Assembly (NCBI GenBank): GCA_963662715.1 | Contig: OY759724.1 | Coordinates: 450,001 to 482,000 of the forward strand | DNA from: Candidatus Omnitrophota bacterium | GTDB lineage: Bacteria > Omnitrophota > Gorgyraeia > Zapsychrales > JANLHA01 | Length of the DNA: 32,000 nucleotides | Direction of reading: 5' to 3' | Notes under the pieces: model-generated | The model's database searches: none | The model's input: the letters and a program-made list of their open reading frames with translations, nothing else | What the model was told of the DNA's origin: nothing | Shown: one piece after another, positions 11,704 through 19,559 of the stretch | Position numbering within the stretch: the stretch's first letter is position 1 | Layout: every line of letters begins with the position of its first letter | Program-made: the position numbers and the translations under genes

Positions 11704-12002
11704 GTTTATTCCCCTTTTCCATATAAATAATTTTTAATATTATTTTGGCTTGTTCATACCAGAGGAATCCCCTCCGGCGCTTAAATTCAGGTAACAGCCT
11801 CACATGATGTTCATGGGATGGCCACACGTTAAGGAAAATTTCATGCTGACCTTAAAGATAATTTTACATTAATCCCGGGATATCTGCCTTAAAAATTTGA
11901 CAAAATTAAACGCAAAAAGATAAAGAACACCCCAAAAGTTAAAACACATAGAGATTACATGGATTCGAAGAGATCTGTAGAAAGACGCAAAGGATGAGGC
12001 AG

Positions 12003-12028
12003 GACTGAATAATAATTATTATTCAGTC
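12003..12028. repeat. Perfect 26-bp AT-rich palindrome GACTGAATAATAA|TTATTATTCAGTC overlapping the speH stop codon
   Basis: Read directly: the 13-nt arms are exact reverse complements with no spacer. An A/T run lies on the speH side only. It could be an RNA hairpin at the 3' end of speH or a dimeric protein-binding site. Confidence 0.85.
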
Positions 12029-12455
12029 ATTTTTTATAATCTTTCGTTCTTAAGGAAGATACTGGAAAACACTTTGATAATTTTCCTCTTTGAAATTCGA
12101 CAACTTCATATTTTCTTGCACTGATTTCGTTCTTGATAAAATCAATGGCTTTCTGGTTATCGATCGTTTCACCACAGGTAAAAACATCCACCGCCGCATA
12201 ACCGTACTCCGGCCAAGTATGAATGCTTAAATGAGATTCCGCGACAACAACAACACCGGTAATTCCATATGGCGAAAATTCATGAAATAAAGAATCAATA
12301 ACTGTCGCTCCCGCCACTTCTGCGGCTGTCACCAAAGCGGACCGCAGCAAAGGGATATCATTTAAACTCTCATGATTACACCCATAATATTCAATAATAG
12401 CGTGCTTCCCGAGCATGGATGTAACATTATTCATACATGGGTTAAATTTTTGCAT
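12027..12455 (-). CDS. speH: S-adenosylmethionine decarboxylase proenzyme, small pyruvoyl type (SpeH/SpeD class)
   Basis: Core GKHAIIEYYGC...FSPYGITGVVVVAESHLSIHTWPEYGYAAVDVFTCGE matches the self-cleaving ES|H pyruvoyl motif of small bacterial AdoMetDC. The track start at 12464 is GTG. ATG at 12455 has a TAGGTGA SD 5 nt upstream. A canonical-length protein could also start at MLGKH (12416). Confidence 0.8.
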   Translation of the reverse strand: MQKFNPCMNNVTSMLGKHAIIEYYGCNHESLNDIPLLRSALVTAAEVAGATVIDSLFHEFSPYGITGVVVVAESHLSIHTWPEYGYAAVDVFTCGETIDNQKAIDFIKNEISARKYEVVEFQRGKLSKCFPVSSLRTKDYKK

Positions 12456-12737
12456 TTTTATCACCTAAAAATATAAGAGTTAAGTAATATTTAGCCTATT
12501 TTTTCAGTATGGAATAGACATATAAAATATCAGAAAACAGCCATTTCTTCAACATTTTATTATTTTTCTAAAAAATCCCCTGTCAGGATCAAAAACATAT
12601 TTCCCAGGAGCAGTTTCATAAAAAACATTCCGGCATGCCCTAAGGGATTTTCATATATAATTCAATTATAATACATTATTCCCCTAAAAATCTTTTTTTC
12701 TGTCGCGACAGGGGAAAACGCCCTTTCCGGGAAAAAG

Positions 12738-13229
12738 TCATTTTATGCTGACAATTTTTACCTCAAATAATAAATCCTGACCTGCTAACGGATGATTAAA
12801 GTTAACAATGACGGAATTTTCCTGAACCTCTTCAATCATTCCTATCACAGGCTGACCGGTTTCAGTCTGCAACTGAACCTGCATACCTTTTTCCGGATTC
12901 ATATCAGGAGGCAATTTTGTCTTAGGAATTTCAATAACGGCCCGGGGGTCGACCGGTCCGTAAGCCTCTTCGGCTGATACCGTGACGCTCTTTTCTTCGC
13001 CCTCTTTCATCCCGGCCAACTGTTTCTCCAGGCCGGGGATAATCATTTGCGAGCCGTGGACATATTCAAGCGGCTCTTTCCCTTCAGATGTGTCCGCCAC
13101 TTCCCCCTCAACAGTAAGTGTGTAGTGAAATTTCACAGTCTTCCCGTCTGAAACCATTAGATTTTCTCCTTTCGCTTGAGTGACATTCAAACACAAAACA
13201 AAACAAATAACCCAAATAAACCGTTGCAT
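12738..13229 (-). CDS. FKBP-type peptidyl-prolyl cis-trans isomerase, SlyD-like with insert-in-flap segment, carrying an N-terminal signal peptide
   Basis: 163 aa. Hydrophobic leader MQRFIWVICFVLCLNVTQA. It is followed by VKFHYTLTVEGEVADTS...EYVHGSQMIIPGLEKQLAGMKEGEEK...NHPLAGQDLLFEVKIVSI, the SlyD/FKBP2 pattern. Strong AAGGAGGGA SD. Confidence 0.8.
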   Translation of the reverse strand: MQRFIWVICFVLCLNVTQAKGENLMVSDGKTVKFHYTLTVEGEVADTSEGKEPLEYVHGSQMIIPGLEKQLAGMKEGEEKSVTVSAEEAYGPVDPRAVIEIPKTKLPPDMNPEKGMQVQLQTETGQPVIGMIEEVQENSVIVNFNHPLAGQDLLFEVKIVSIK

Positions 13230-13269
13230 ACTCCCTCCTTGTTTTTAAAGACAAGTGTTCCTGCTCAGC

Positions 13270-13286
13270 CCTGTCAGAATGACAGG
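13270..13286 (-). repeat. Inverted repeat CCTGTCA-N3-TGACAGG in the 75-nt spacer between the SGNH gene and the FKBP gene
   Basis: 7-bp perfect stem and 3-nt loop read directly. No U-run follows on the minus strand, so it is not a canonical terminator. Function unknown. Confidence 0.4.
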
Positions 13287-13304
13287 CCTTTTGCCCCGAA
13301 AGAC

Positions 13305-14498
13305 TCACTGATGCAGCCAACCGTTCTTTTCGAAAAAGCCCACAATAATCTCTTCCGTCAATTGCTGGCCCCGGGCGGACAGATGTCCCCGGGAAGAATA
13401 AAGCTGATCCACATCCTCCCCCTCAATCTTTTGAGCCAGGTGGCTCATTAAGTCGATATAGGCAAACCGGCTGTTACGCAAAAATTCATGAAGTTTCTGA
13501 TAAATATGGATTTGGTCCTCCTGAAAAACACGGAAATCATGCCGACTCGGGAAAATAACAATAACGGGGACGGCCCCCTGGCTGACGACTTCTTCATGGA
13601 AAGCCGTGATAATTTTTTGAGTGATGATAAAAAATTCTGAATGTTCCCCCCAAAAGGAAGCAACAGACGCGTCCATCGTTTTTAACCTGGCATTAAAGAT
13701 CAATTTAAAGGTGAGATCCACCAAACGGATGCAAGATAAGGTCGGCCGGGACTCACGGCAGTTCATTTTCCTGTAATAATGATCAAACGCACCTAACTCC
13801 GGCAAAACCTTCTGCGGGGAGGACAACAAAAGACGGTATTGGTTCAAAGACGACAACGGATTCTTGACCAGAGAGAGTGTCTCGTTTTGACAAATAAAAC
13901 GGGGCTTAGATAAGGGGATGTCTGTACCAGGAGCGAAAAAAGGACGGAAGGTGTTGACGTGACGCGGCATATCATCCAGGGTAAATCCTATGACAACGAT
14001 ATCGGGATGAAACAAAACCCCTTCTTCCTTATAGCGGAGAAAAGCCTGGTCAAGACCATAGGCCGGCACTCCAAAATTCAGGACTTCAATATCAGGATAA
14101 TCCTGATTAACCCTCTCCTGCCAGGTGTCTTCATTTCTGACATCGTCCCCATGCACAAAAGAATCCCCGAACGCACAAATTCGTCTTTTCTCCTTGGTTT
14201 TCTCAAAGTCAAAATCCCGGGAGGAACGTATCCCCTGCCTGTTGGTTCGGTAAATGCCGGACACTCCGTCTGCCCGGACCGACCACCCCAAACAGGGATG
14301 AAAGGCCAAATATTCCAACTCTCCGTTTATGACTCTTTTTATAGCATCTTTGTGTCGCGAGGACAGAATACTCTGACAATCCAACCCCAAATAGGTTTTT
14401 TTTATCTCCCGCAAATAATAAAGGGCGCTGAACGACAGAACTTCCACGAGGATAAAGACAAGAAACAACCTGATGATAATAAAAAATAACCTTCGCAT
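13305..14498 (-). CDS. Membrane-anchored SGNH/GDSL-type hydrolase family protein
   Basis: 397 aa. N-terminal TM segment FFIIIRLFLVFILVEVLSFSALYY. Block I ICAFGDSFVHGDDV (GDS). C-terminal GHLSARGQ resembles block V (DxxH-like). No obvious SD; 48 nt after the helicase stop. Confidence 0.6.
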   Translation of the reverse strand: MRRLFFIIIRLFLVFILVEVLSFSALYYLREIKKTYLGLDCQSILSSRHKDAIKRVINGELEYLAFHPCLGWSVRADGVSGIYRTNRQGIRSSRDFDFEKTKEKRRICAFGDSFVHGDDVRNEDTWQERVNQDYPDIEVLNFGVPAYGLDQAFLRYKEEGVLFHPDIVVIGFTLDDMPRHVNTFRPFFAPGTDIPLSKPRFICQNETLSLVKNPLSSLNQYRLLLSSPQKVLPELGAFDHYYRKMNCRESRPTLSCIRLVDLTFKLIFNARLKTMDASVASFWGEHSEFFIITQKIITAFHEEVVSQGAVPVIVIFPSRHDFRVFQEDQIHIYQKLHEFLRNSRFAYIDLMSHLAQKIEGEDVDQLYSSRGHLSARGQQLTEEIIVGFFEKNGWLHQ

Positions 14499-14546
14499 TG
14501 ATTAGGCTGGGAACGATACCTGTGTTCAACGGCTCCTTGGACAAGT

Positions 14547-15761
14547 TTATTTGCGTCTTGACTGAAACCGGGATGACGTCTTCCAGCGCCCGCCGATCCG
14601 CTGGGCACTGAAAACTTTTTTGGGCTTATCAAATTGTTCGAAAGTGCCGTCGAAATGCTTGGAGATCGGCAGGGCCATTTTTATAATCCGCTCGATATCC
14701 CGCACATCCTTGCCCTGGTCAGGCGTCGCTAAAGAGATGGCATGGCCCGGGCTACCGGCCCGTCCGGTGCGGCCAATTCTATGAACGTAGTTTTCCGCAT
14801 CATCCGGCAGGTCAAAATTAATAACCAGTTCAATCCCGGCGACATCAATGCCTCGGGCGGCAATATCCGTAGCGCATAAAACACGGTATTTCCCTGTCTT
14901 AAAACCACTCAATGCCTCCCGCCGCTGGGGCAGGGTCCGGTCCGAGTGAATTTCAGCCACGCGATGTCCCATGCGCCGAATAATCCTGACAATCTTCTTT
15001 GTTCCTAATTTCGTCCGGCAAAACAGCAGCACCGATCCCCGGTACTGCTTTAACAACTTCTCCAGAATTTCCTGTTTCATCTCCTTCCGGACAATAAACA
15101 ACTCGTGGGAAACCTTTTCCGCCGTTGTGCCCGAGGGAGCGATTTCCACCTGGACCGGGAATTTCATATGAGCCGAAGCAATTTTAACAATAGCCGGGGG
15201 TATCGTGGCAGAAAAAAGCAGCGTCTGACGGTTCGAAGGCACAGACTGCAAAACTTTTTCTATCTGGGGAGCAAAACCCATGTCCAGCATACGGTCGGCT
15301 TCATCCAGGATAAGGATATGAACTTTGCTCAAGCGAACCTTGCGCTGCTCCATAAGGTCAATGAGCCGTCCCGGGGTAGCGATCAAAATCCGCGGATTCT
15401 GCGCCAAGGCTTTCAGCTGTCTGTAGACAGGAGTCCCCCCGATAAGAACAGCGGATTTTATGGCTAAAGGCCGGGCAATTTTCTTAACACTCTCTTCGAC
15501 CTGTAAGGCAAGCTCACGTGTCGGGACAAGAATTAAAGCCATGGACTTATTTTGCGCCAACTGCTGAAGCGTGGGGATGACAAAAGCCATGGTTTTCCCG
15601 GTCCCCGTTTGCGCAATCCCAATAAGATCCTTCCCCTCCAAAGCCACCGGCACAGCTTTATGTTGTATAGGCGTCGCGGTCTTGAATTTCAGACGGTCAA
15701 GAGTTTCAATGATTTTAGGGGCGATCCCTAATCCAAAAAAATTATACTCAGATTTATACAT
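14547..15761 (-). CDS. DEAD-box ATP-dependent RNA helicase
   Basis: Motifs seen: Q motif (TATPIQHKA), I AQTGTGKT, Ia PTRELA, II DEAD, III SAT, VI HRIGRTGRAG. Basic C-terminal tail. The track start at 15797 is TTG without an SD, so I prefer ATG 15761 (MYKSEYNFFGLGI). Confidence 0.9.
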   Translation of the reverse strand: MYKSEYNFFGLGIAPKIIETLDRLKFKTATPIQHKAVPVALEGKDLIGIAQTGTGKTMAFVIPTLQQLAQNKSMALILVPTRELALQVEESVKKIARPLAIKSAVLIGGTPVYRQLKALAQNPRILIATPGRLIDLMEQRKVRLSKVHILILDEADRMLDMGFAPQIEKVLQSVPSNRQTLLFSATIPPAIVKIASAHMKFPVQVEIAPSGTTAEKVSHELFIVRKEMKQEILEKLLKQYRGSVLLFCRTKLGTKKIVRIIRRMGHRVAEIHSDRTLPQRREALSGFKTGKYRVLCATDIAARGIDVAGIELVINFDLPDDAENYVHRIGRTGRAGSPGHAISLATPDQGKDVRDIERIIKMALPISKHFDGTFEQFDKPKKVFSAQRIGGRWKTSSRFQSRRK

Positions 15762-15873
15762 AATACGCTCTCTTGTAAGAGCTTTCCCGCCCCTCAACGT
15801 AGGCGGGAGAGCTTTTTCATTAGGTTTTTCCTGGGATGATCAAAGTTACGGGCAGCGGCCAAGAAGTCCCCCT

Positions 15874-15901
15874 AGTATGACGGCTATCCGCTGAAAGTCA
15901 A
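15874..15901 (-). promoter_or_regulatory. Possible sigma70-type promoter for the helicase gene (TTGACT-N16-CATACT)
   Basis: Minus-strand TTGACT (15896..15901) and CATACT (15874..15879) are separated by 16 nt, about 110 nt upstream of ATG 15761. The -10 is only a 4/6 match. Confidence 0.35.
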
Positions 15902-16064
15902 TGACTATTTTCCTCCGGGTTCGCATTATGACTCTTATGTTCAATTTAACACATCACAGGCAGACCGTTGTAAAAAATGGGGAAAATCTGGTAGGAATGA
16001 AAATCTTACGAATTCGGGAATATGGAAAGGCGCCTCCCCCGTCCTCATGCGGCCCTGATGGCCG

Positions 16065-16646
16065 TTATTTATGATACTCTATCTCATCAAGAAAAATCGT
16101 CCCGCCTTCCGGATTCGAGGCATTTTCAAAAATAACCAAAAACCCGCCAATGATATGGGACAAATCCTTCTCTCTCAAATCCAAGGTATATTTCTTCCAA
16201 GTATCGGTTAAAATAAACTTTCCCTGGGCCATATCAGAATCTGAATAATCCTTGCCCCGCAAACCCCCGATTCTGACAAGGATTGTTTCTCCGCCTTTTT
16301 GCCCCTTGGCAAAAAGAGTTAATTTCCTGACGCCTTTTAATTTTGAACGGCCTTTTTCCGTACCCCAATTATTCACCGGGTATTGCCAATAAATACCCGC
16401 CCAGCCTAAAGAATTAGGTTTTTTAGGGCTGTAATCGATTTTTACGCAGGTCTTTCCTAAATAAGGGTCTTCGGGAAAAGCGGAATTTATGGACAAATCA
16501 TCTGTATTGCCCATCCAGCCGCTGGCATGAAACCATCGGAAATAATTTTCCTGATAAAGGAAGAAAGACTCACCTGCGGAAGCTTGTGCCACAAAAGACA
16601 AAAGGATAAGCCCATAAATCACTAACGGAAATAATCGCTTATCCAT
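16065..16646 (-). CDS. Small secreted protein, beta-rich, carbohydrate-binding-module-like; function unknown
   Basis: 193 aa. Signal peptide MDKRLFPLVIYGLILLSFVAQASA. Aromatic/Gly-rich blocks (GWAGIYWQYPVNNWG, GGFLVIFENASNPEGGTIFLDEIEY) resemble jelly-roll CBM-type domains; this is family-level recognition only. AAAGGACAGG SD. Confidence 0.5.
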   Translation of the reverse strand: MDKRLFPLVIYGLILLSFVAQASAGESFFLYQENYFRWFHASGWMGNTDDLSINSAFPEDPYLGKTCVKIDYSPKKPNSLGWAGIYWQYPVNNWGTEKGRSKLKGVRKLTLFAKGQKGGETILVRIGGLRGKDYSDSDMAQGKFILTDTWKKYTLDLREKDLSHIIGGFLVIFENASNPEGGTIFLDEIEYHK

Positions 16647-16689
16647 TTATCCTGTCCTTTCATGTCAGTTGTCACAGAGAATTATTTAT

Positions 16690-16718
16690 ATTTTACTCCT
16701 ATTCCAGCCATGGTTCAA
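16690..16718 (-). promoter_or_regulatory. Sigma70-type promoter TTGAAC-N17-TAAAAT for the 193-aa secreted protein gene
   Basis: Minus-strand -35 TTGAAC (16713..16718), a 17-nt spacer, -10 TAAAAT (16690..16695). It lies about 45 nt upstream of ATG 16646. Confidence 0.6.
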
Positions 16719-16746
16719 GAAAATAAAATCTCCCCGGCCTTCCGGG
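16719..16746 (-). terminator. Possible intrinsic terminator after the radical SAM gene
   Basis: Minus-strand CCCGG-AAGG-CCGGG hairpin (16733..16746) followed by GAGATTTTATTTTCTT. The stem is short (5 bp, GC-rich). Confidence 0.45.
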
Positions 16747-16767
16747 AATGGCGAAAAGGGTGTTCCT

Positions 16768-18234
16768 TTATATATGCTTTTCTCCCTTCAGCGCTCCCGC
16801 TTCCCACCTGGAAATGCCGGCCATAACGTCTTTAAAGCATAATTTAGCGAGTTCATCGAAATTGCTTTCTAATATCCTCTGAATACGCCCCGGCTTTGAA
16901 TAAAATTCCCTCATGCCCCAGGCTCCGAGACGTCCGAGGTCTTCAATGCTCAAATGATGGGTCGGGACAACAGGATGAAGAAAATCCCACTGGAGCATAT
17001 CCAATCGGTCCGGATCGATCCAGCCCTTTTGAATGCCTTCCTGCCAAACCGGTGATCCCGGAGGAGGCGTCAGGTAGCCGACCCACATAACATCCGGATC
17101 GACCTGGTCGGCAAACTCAAACCTGCTTTTGATAATCTGCTCATTATCATAATCAAATCCGATCATAATATCCCCGACGATAGCAATATCGTTCTTCCGG
17201 AGGATATCAATGGTTTTATATATCTCTTCAACCGTAATACCTTTATCCAGTTTCCTCAATTCATCATCACTGGCGACTTCAATTCCAAAAACCGCCATAA
17301 ACATCCCCGCTTTTTTCATCAGGGGGATATCCTGCTCCAGGCGCACCCAGTCACTGGCACACCCCAGGCTGACCCATTTCATCTTTAAATCCCGCTTGAT
17401 TTTCTCTTCACAAAATTCCCGCACCCGCTTGGGATTCAGGTTGAAATTATCTTCCTGAATGACAGCCACTTTGGTTCCGAACGTCCGTTCAAGCAGCTCC
17501 ATCTCTTCTACGACCCTCAAGGCCGACTTAGCGCGCCAGCGCTGAAAATGCTTAAGCGCCCTGGGGTCATGTTCACTCCACTCATAGCAAAAAGTGCACC
17601 CGTGGGTGCATCCGCGGGAAGTGACAATCTCCACAAAAGGAGCCCAGTAGGTGTGGCCCACATATCGCCCCATAGGGAAAAGATCATAGGCCGGCAACGG
17701 CAGAACGTCTAAATTTTTAATAAGTTCCCGGACAGGACCAAACTCAACAGCCCCGTTATGCCGAAAAGCTAAACCGGCGATATTCTGAAAATCCGTCTGC
17801 CCGTTGTTTAAGGCTTCCATAAGCTCATGAAAAGTCACTTCCCCTTCCCCCATGACCACAAAATCAATAGCCGGATTTTTCTGCAAAGTCTCCCGGCTTA
17901 AGTAGGAATACCATAATCCGCCTACGACAATTTTCACCCGGGGAAGGGCCTCTTTAATGGCAGCGGCGGAATCATTAAAATATTTCTGGACAGCGAAGCC
18001 TCCATAGGAATGCAGGATGTCTCCCAAGACGATCACTTCAGGACCCTTCTCCCGGATAATACCCAACATTTCATCCATCGGAATACCGAGGACTTTACAG
18101 TCCAACACTTCCGGTTCAATGCTCCCCTGTTCTCTGGCATAAGCCGCCCAATGGGCATGCATCTGATTAGGCGCGACATGCTTGCCATGCGTCGCCCAGG
18201 ACCCCAGCTGCGGTGTCACAAACAGCACTTTCAT
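16768..18234 (-). CDS. B12-binding-domain radical SAM protein (class B-like), substrate unknown
   Basis: 488 aa. N-terminal Rossmann-like cobalamin-binding-type region (VIVLGDIL..., KIVVGGLW..., DFVVMGEGE). It is followed by the CX3CX2C cluster motif TSRGCTHGCTFCYEW. AAGGAGA SD. The start is 15 nt after the TetR stop. Confidence 0.8.
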   Translation of the reverse strand: MKVLFVTPQLGSWATHGKHVAPNQMHAHWAAYAREQGSIEPEVLDCKVLGIPMDEMLGIIREKGPEVIVLGDILHSYGGFAVQKYFNDSAAAIKEALPRVKIVVGGLWYSYLSRETLQKNPAIDFVVMGEGEVTFHELMEALNNGQTDFQNIAGLAFRHNGAVEFGPVRELIKNLDVLPLPAYDLFPMGRYVGHTYWAPFVEIVTSRGCTHGCTFCYEWSEHDPRALKHFQRWRAKSALRVVEEMELLERTFGTKVAVIQEDNFNLNPKRVREFCEEKIKRDLKMKWVSLGCASDWVRLEQDIPLMKKAGMFMAVFGIEVASDDELRKLDKGITVEEIYKTIDILRKNDIAIVGDIMIGFDYDNEQIIKSRFEFADQVDPDVMWVGYLTPPPGSPVWQEGIQKGWIDPDRLDMLQWDFLHPVVPTHHLSIEDLGRLGAWGMREFYSKPGRIQRILESNFDELAKLCFKDVMAGISRWEAGALKGEKHI

Positions 18235-18249
18235 TCTAATATCTCCTTT

Positions 18250-18828
18250 TTAACCTGTTTCCTTTAAAATTCCCTTGGACCAGATATCCAAGACTTCCTT
18301 TAATGCTTTTTGAAACGAAATATTCTCGTTCTGCAAAAATTCCGGATTAATACATTCATCAACAGCGCCTAAAAATGCCCGAACGGCAACAGCAGAATGG
18401 ATGCGCCGGAAGGCCCCCTGATTAATTCCCTCTTGGATCAATTTCTCAATTTCTAAAATCTTCTCTGTCCGGAAAGAAATAAAATCTTCCCAAAGATGAG
18501 GCAGCTCCTGTTTGATATCTGTTAAGAAATGTTCAAACCAAGGGGCCAAGGCTTTCTGCAGGAAACACACATTCTGGTAAATGATCTGCAGAGGATCTTT
18601 GGTTTCTTCCTCGACGGTTGCCTGATTCTCATTGATTCTGCCCTTGATGCGGGCAAAAAGGGTCTCGGCTATTTCAATTTTACTCTGGAAATGCTTATAA
18701 ATCGTGTTCTTGCTCATGGCCAGATCTTTGGCGATTTCATCCATGAGAACCTTGCGGTAACCGAAGCGGATCATGCGTGTTTCTGCGGCATCCAGAATTC
18801 TTTCCCGGACAAGATCAACAGAATCCAT
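18250..18828 (-). CDS. TetR/AcrR family transcriptional regulator
   Basis: 192 aa. N-terminal HTH RFGYRKVLMDEIAKDLAMSKNTIYKHFQSKIEI is typical of TetR_N. AGGAGGG SD. Confidence 0.88.
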   Translation of the reverse strand: MDSVDLVRERILDAAETRMIRFGYRKVLMDEIAKDLAMSKNTIYKHFQSKIEIAETLFARIKGRINENQATVEEETKDPLQIIYQNVCFLQKALAPWFEHFLTDIKQELPHLWEDFISFRTEKILEIEKLIQEGINQGAFRRIHSAVAVRAFLGAVDECINPEFLQNENISFQKALKEVLDIWSKGILKETG

Positions 18829-18851
18829 ATCGCCCTCCTATGGGTAACAAT

Positions 18852-18876
18852 AATACTGATTTAGTATTTTCAGTAT
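18852..18876. promoter_or_regulatory. Probable TetR operator: three ATACT/AGTAT half-sites forming two overlapping inverted repeats
   Basis: Plus strand AATACTGATTTAGTATTTTCAGTAT. AATACT(18852-57)/AGTATT(18863-68) and ATACTGA(18853-59)/TCAGTAT(18870-76) are exact inverted repeats. They overlap the -10 and the predicted start site of the promoter below. Confidence 0.6.
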
Positions 18877-18902
18877 CATAGCAAAACCCGGACAGGTGTC
18901 AA
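18875..18902 (-). promoter_or_regulatory. Sigma70-type promoter TTGACA-N16-TATGAT for the TetR/radical SAM operon
   Basis: Minus-strand -35 TTGACA (18897..18902), a 16-nt spacer, -10 TATGAT (18875..18880). It sits immediately downstream of a strong terminator and about 45 nt upstream of ATG 18828. Confidence 0.7.
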
Positions 18903-18941
18903 TAAAAAAATCCCTGGCGGCCATGGGCCACGAGGGATTTT
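18903..18941 (-). terminator. Rho-independent terminator closing the envelope cluster
   Basis: Minus strand AAATCCCTCGTGGCCCATGGCCGCCAGGGATTTTTTTATT. The outer stem AAATCCCT/AGGGATTT is 8 bp with extra inner GC pairs, followed by a T7 run. Confidence 0.85.
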
Positions 18942-19011
18942 ATATATCTTGTCCGGCAGGAAGATCTCCGGATATATTTTATAATTATGAAAAAATCATA
19001 TCAGCCTCTCA

Positions 19012-19536
19012 TCAAGGAGCTTCCTGCGGAGGAGCTTCCATCGGCATGTCATCTTGAAACCTGGGTTTAAATTTTTCTTTATCCTTATCCTTGAATTGGT
19101 CGAGTTTCTCCCGAAAAAGCACAAACTGTTCCGGAGTCAAAATCTTCCTGATATTCAATACCCCTTCCAGCATAAAATCTTCCTTCTGGGTAACTAAAGA
19201 TTTCAGCTCCGCGTGCAATTTTCTGACCTCATCCATATCGAGCTGCGTTTTATGAAGTTCGTTCCGGACAGCCTCTCTCTTTTCATGAATGGCCTTCATC
19301 AACGATTTAAAAGCCTCCATATGCTTTTCTTTATGAGATTCAATTTGCTTCTGCTGTTCGGGAGTGAGATTTAATTCCTGAATGATTATCTCCTCGATGG
19401 GCGGCTTCCTTTTATGATGCCTGAAATGTTCATGTGGAGGCCCTCCCCCTTCCGGAGGCTGCGCTAAAACGATGCTCGCGGGGGACACGGTTATCAACCC
19501 GATCAGGCACCATATAACAAATAATCTCTTTCTCAT
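19012..19536 (-). CDS. Periplasmic LTXXQ-motif protein (Spy/CpxP/ZraP-like, heavy-metal-resistance type) with a His-rich N-terminal segment
   Basis: Start moved to ATG 19536 (MRKRLFVIWCLIGLITVSPASIVLAQ signal peptide), which has a strong AAGGAGGG SD 6 nt upstream. His-rich segment PPHEHFRHHKRK. Two LTXXQ motifs (LNLTPEQQKQI, ILTPEQFVLF). Confidence 0.75.
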   Translation of the reverse strand: MRKRLFVIWCLIGLITVSPASIVLAQPPEGGGPPHEHFRHHKRKPPIEEIIIQELNLTPEQQKQIESHKEKHMEAFKSLMKAIHEKREAVRNELHKTQLDMDEVRKLHAELKSLVTQKEDFMLEGVLNIRKILTPEQFVLFREKLDQFKDKDKEKFKPRFQDDMPMEAPPQEAP

Positions 19537-19559
19537 GACCAACCCTCCTTTTTCAAACA

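Noticed and set aside
11800-11844. 14-codon upstream ORF (MKFSLTCGHPMNIM) with an AAGG SD-like sequence in the glgE leader
   Set aside because: It is too short to evaluate, shows no attenuator-type alternative hairpins around it, and I cannot assess conservation. It is probably fortuitous.
12456-12737. AT-rich speH leader as a riboswitch or small RNA
   Set aside because: I could not recognise any known riboswitch core (SAM, preQ1, TPP, cobalamin and others) or a convincing conserved multi-stem structure by eye. Only short DNA palindromes are present.
15819-15848. Third ECF-like site upstream of the helicase gene (GTAACTT-N18-CCTAAT)
   Set aside because: The -35 half matches P1/P2. The spacing is one nucleotide longer, and the -10 lacks the TTGTCTAA core (ACCTAAT instead). 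One half-match in 32 kb is not convincing, so it is kept only as something for a genome-wide matrix scan to resolve.
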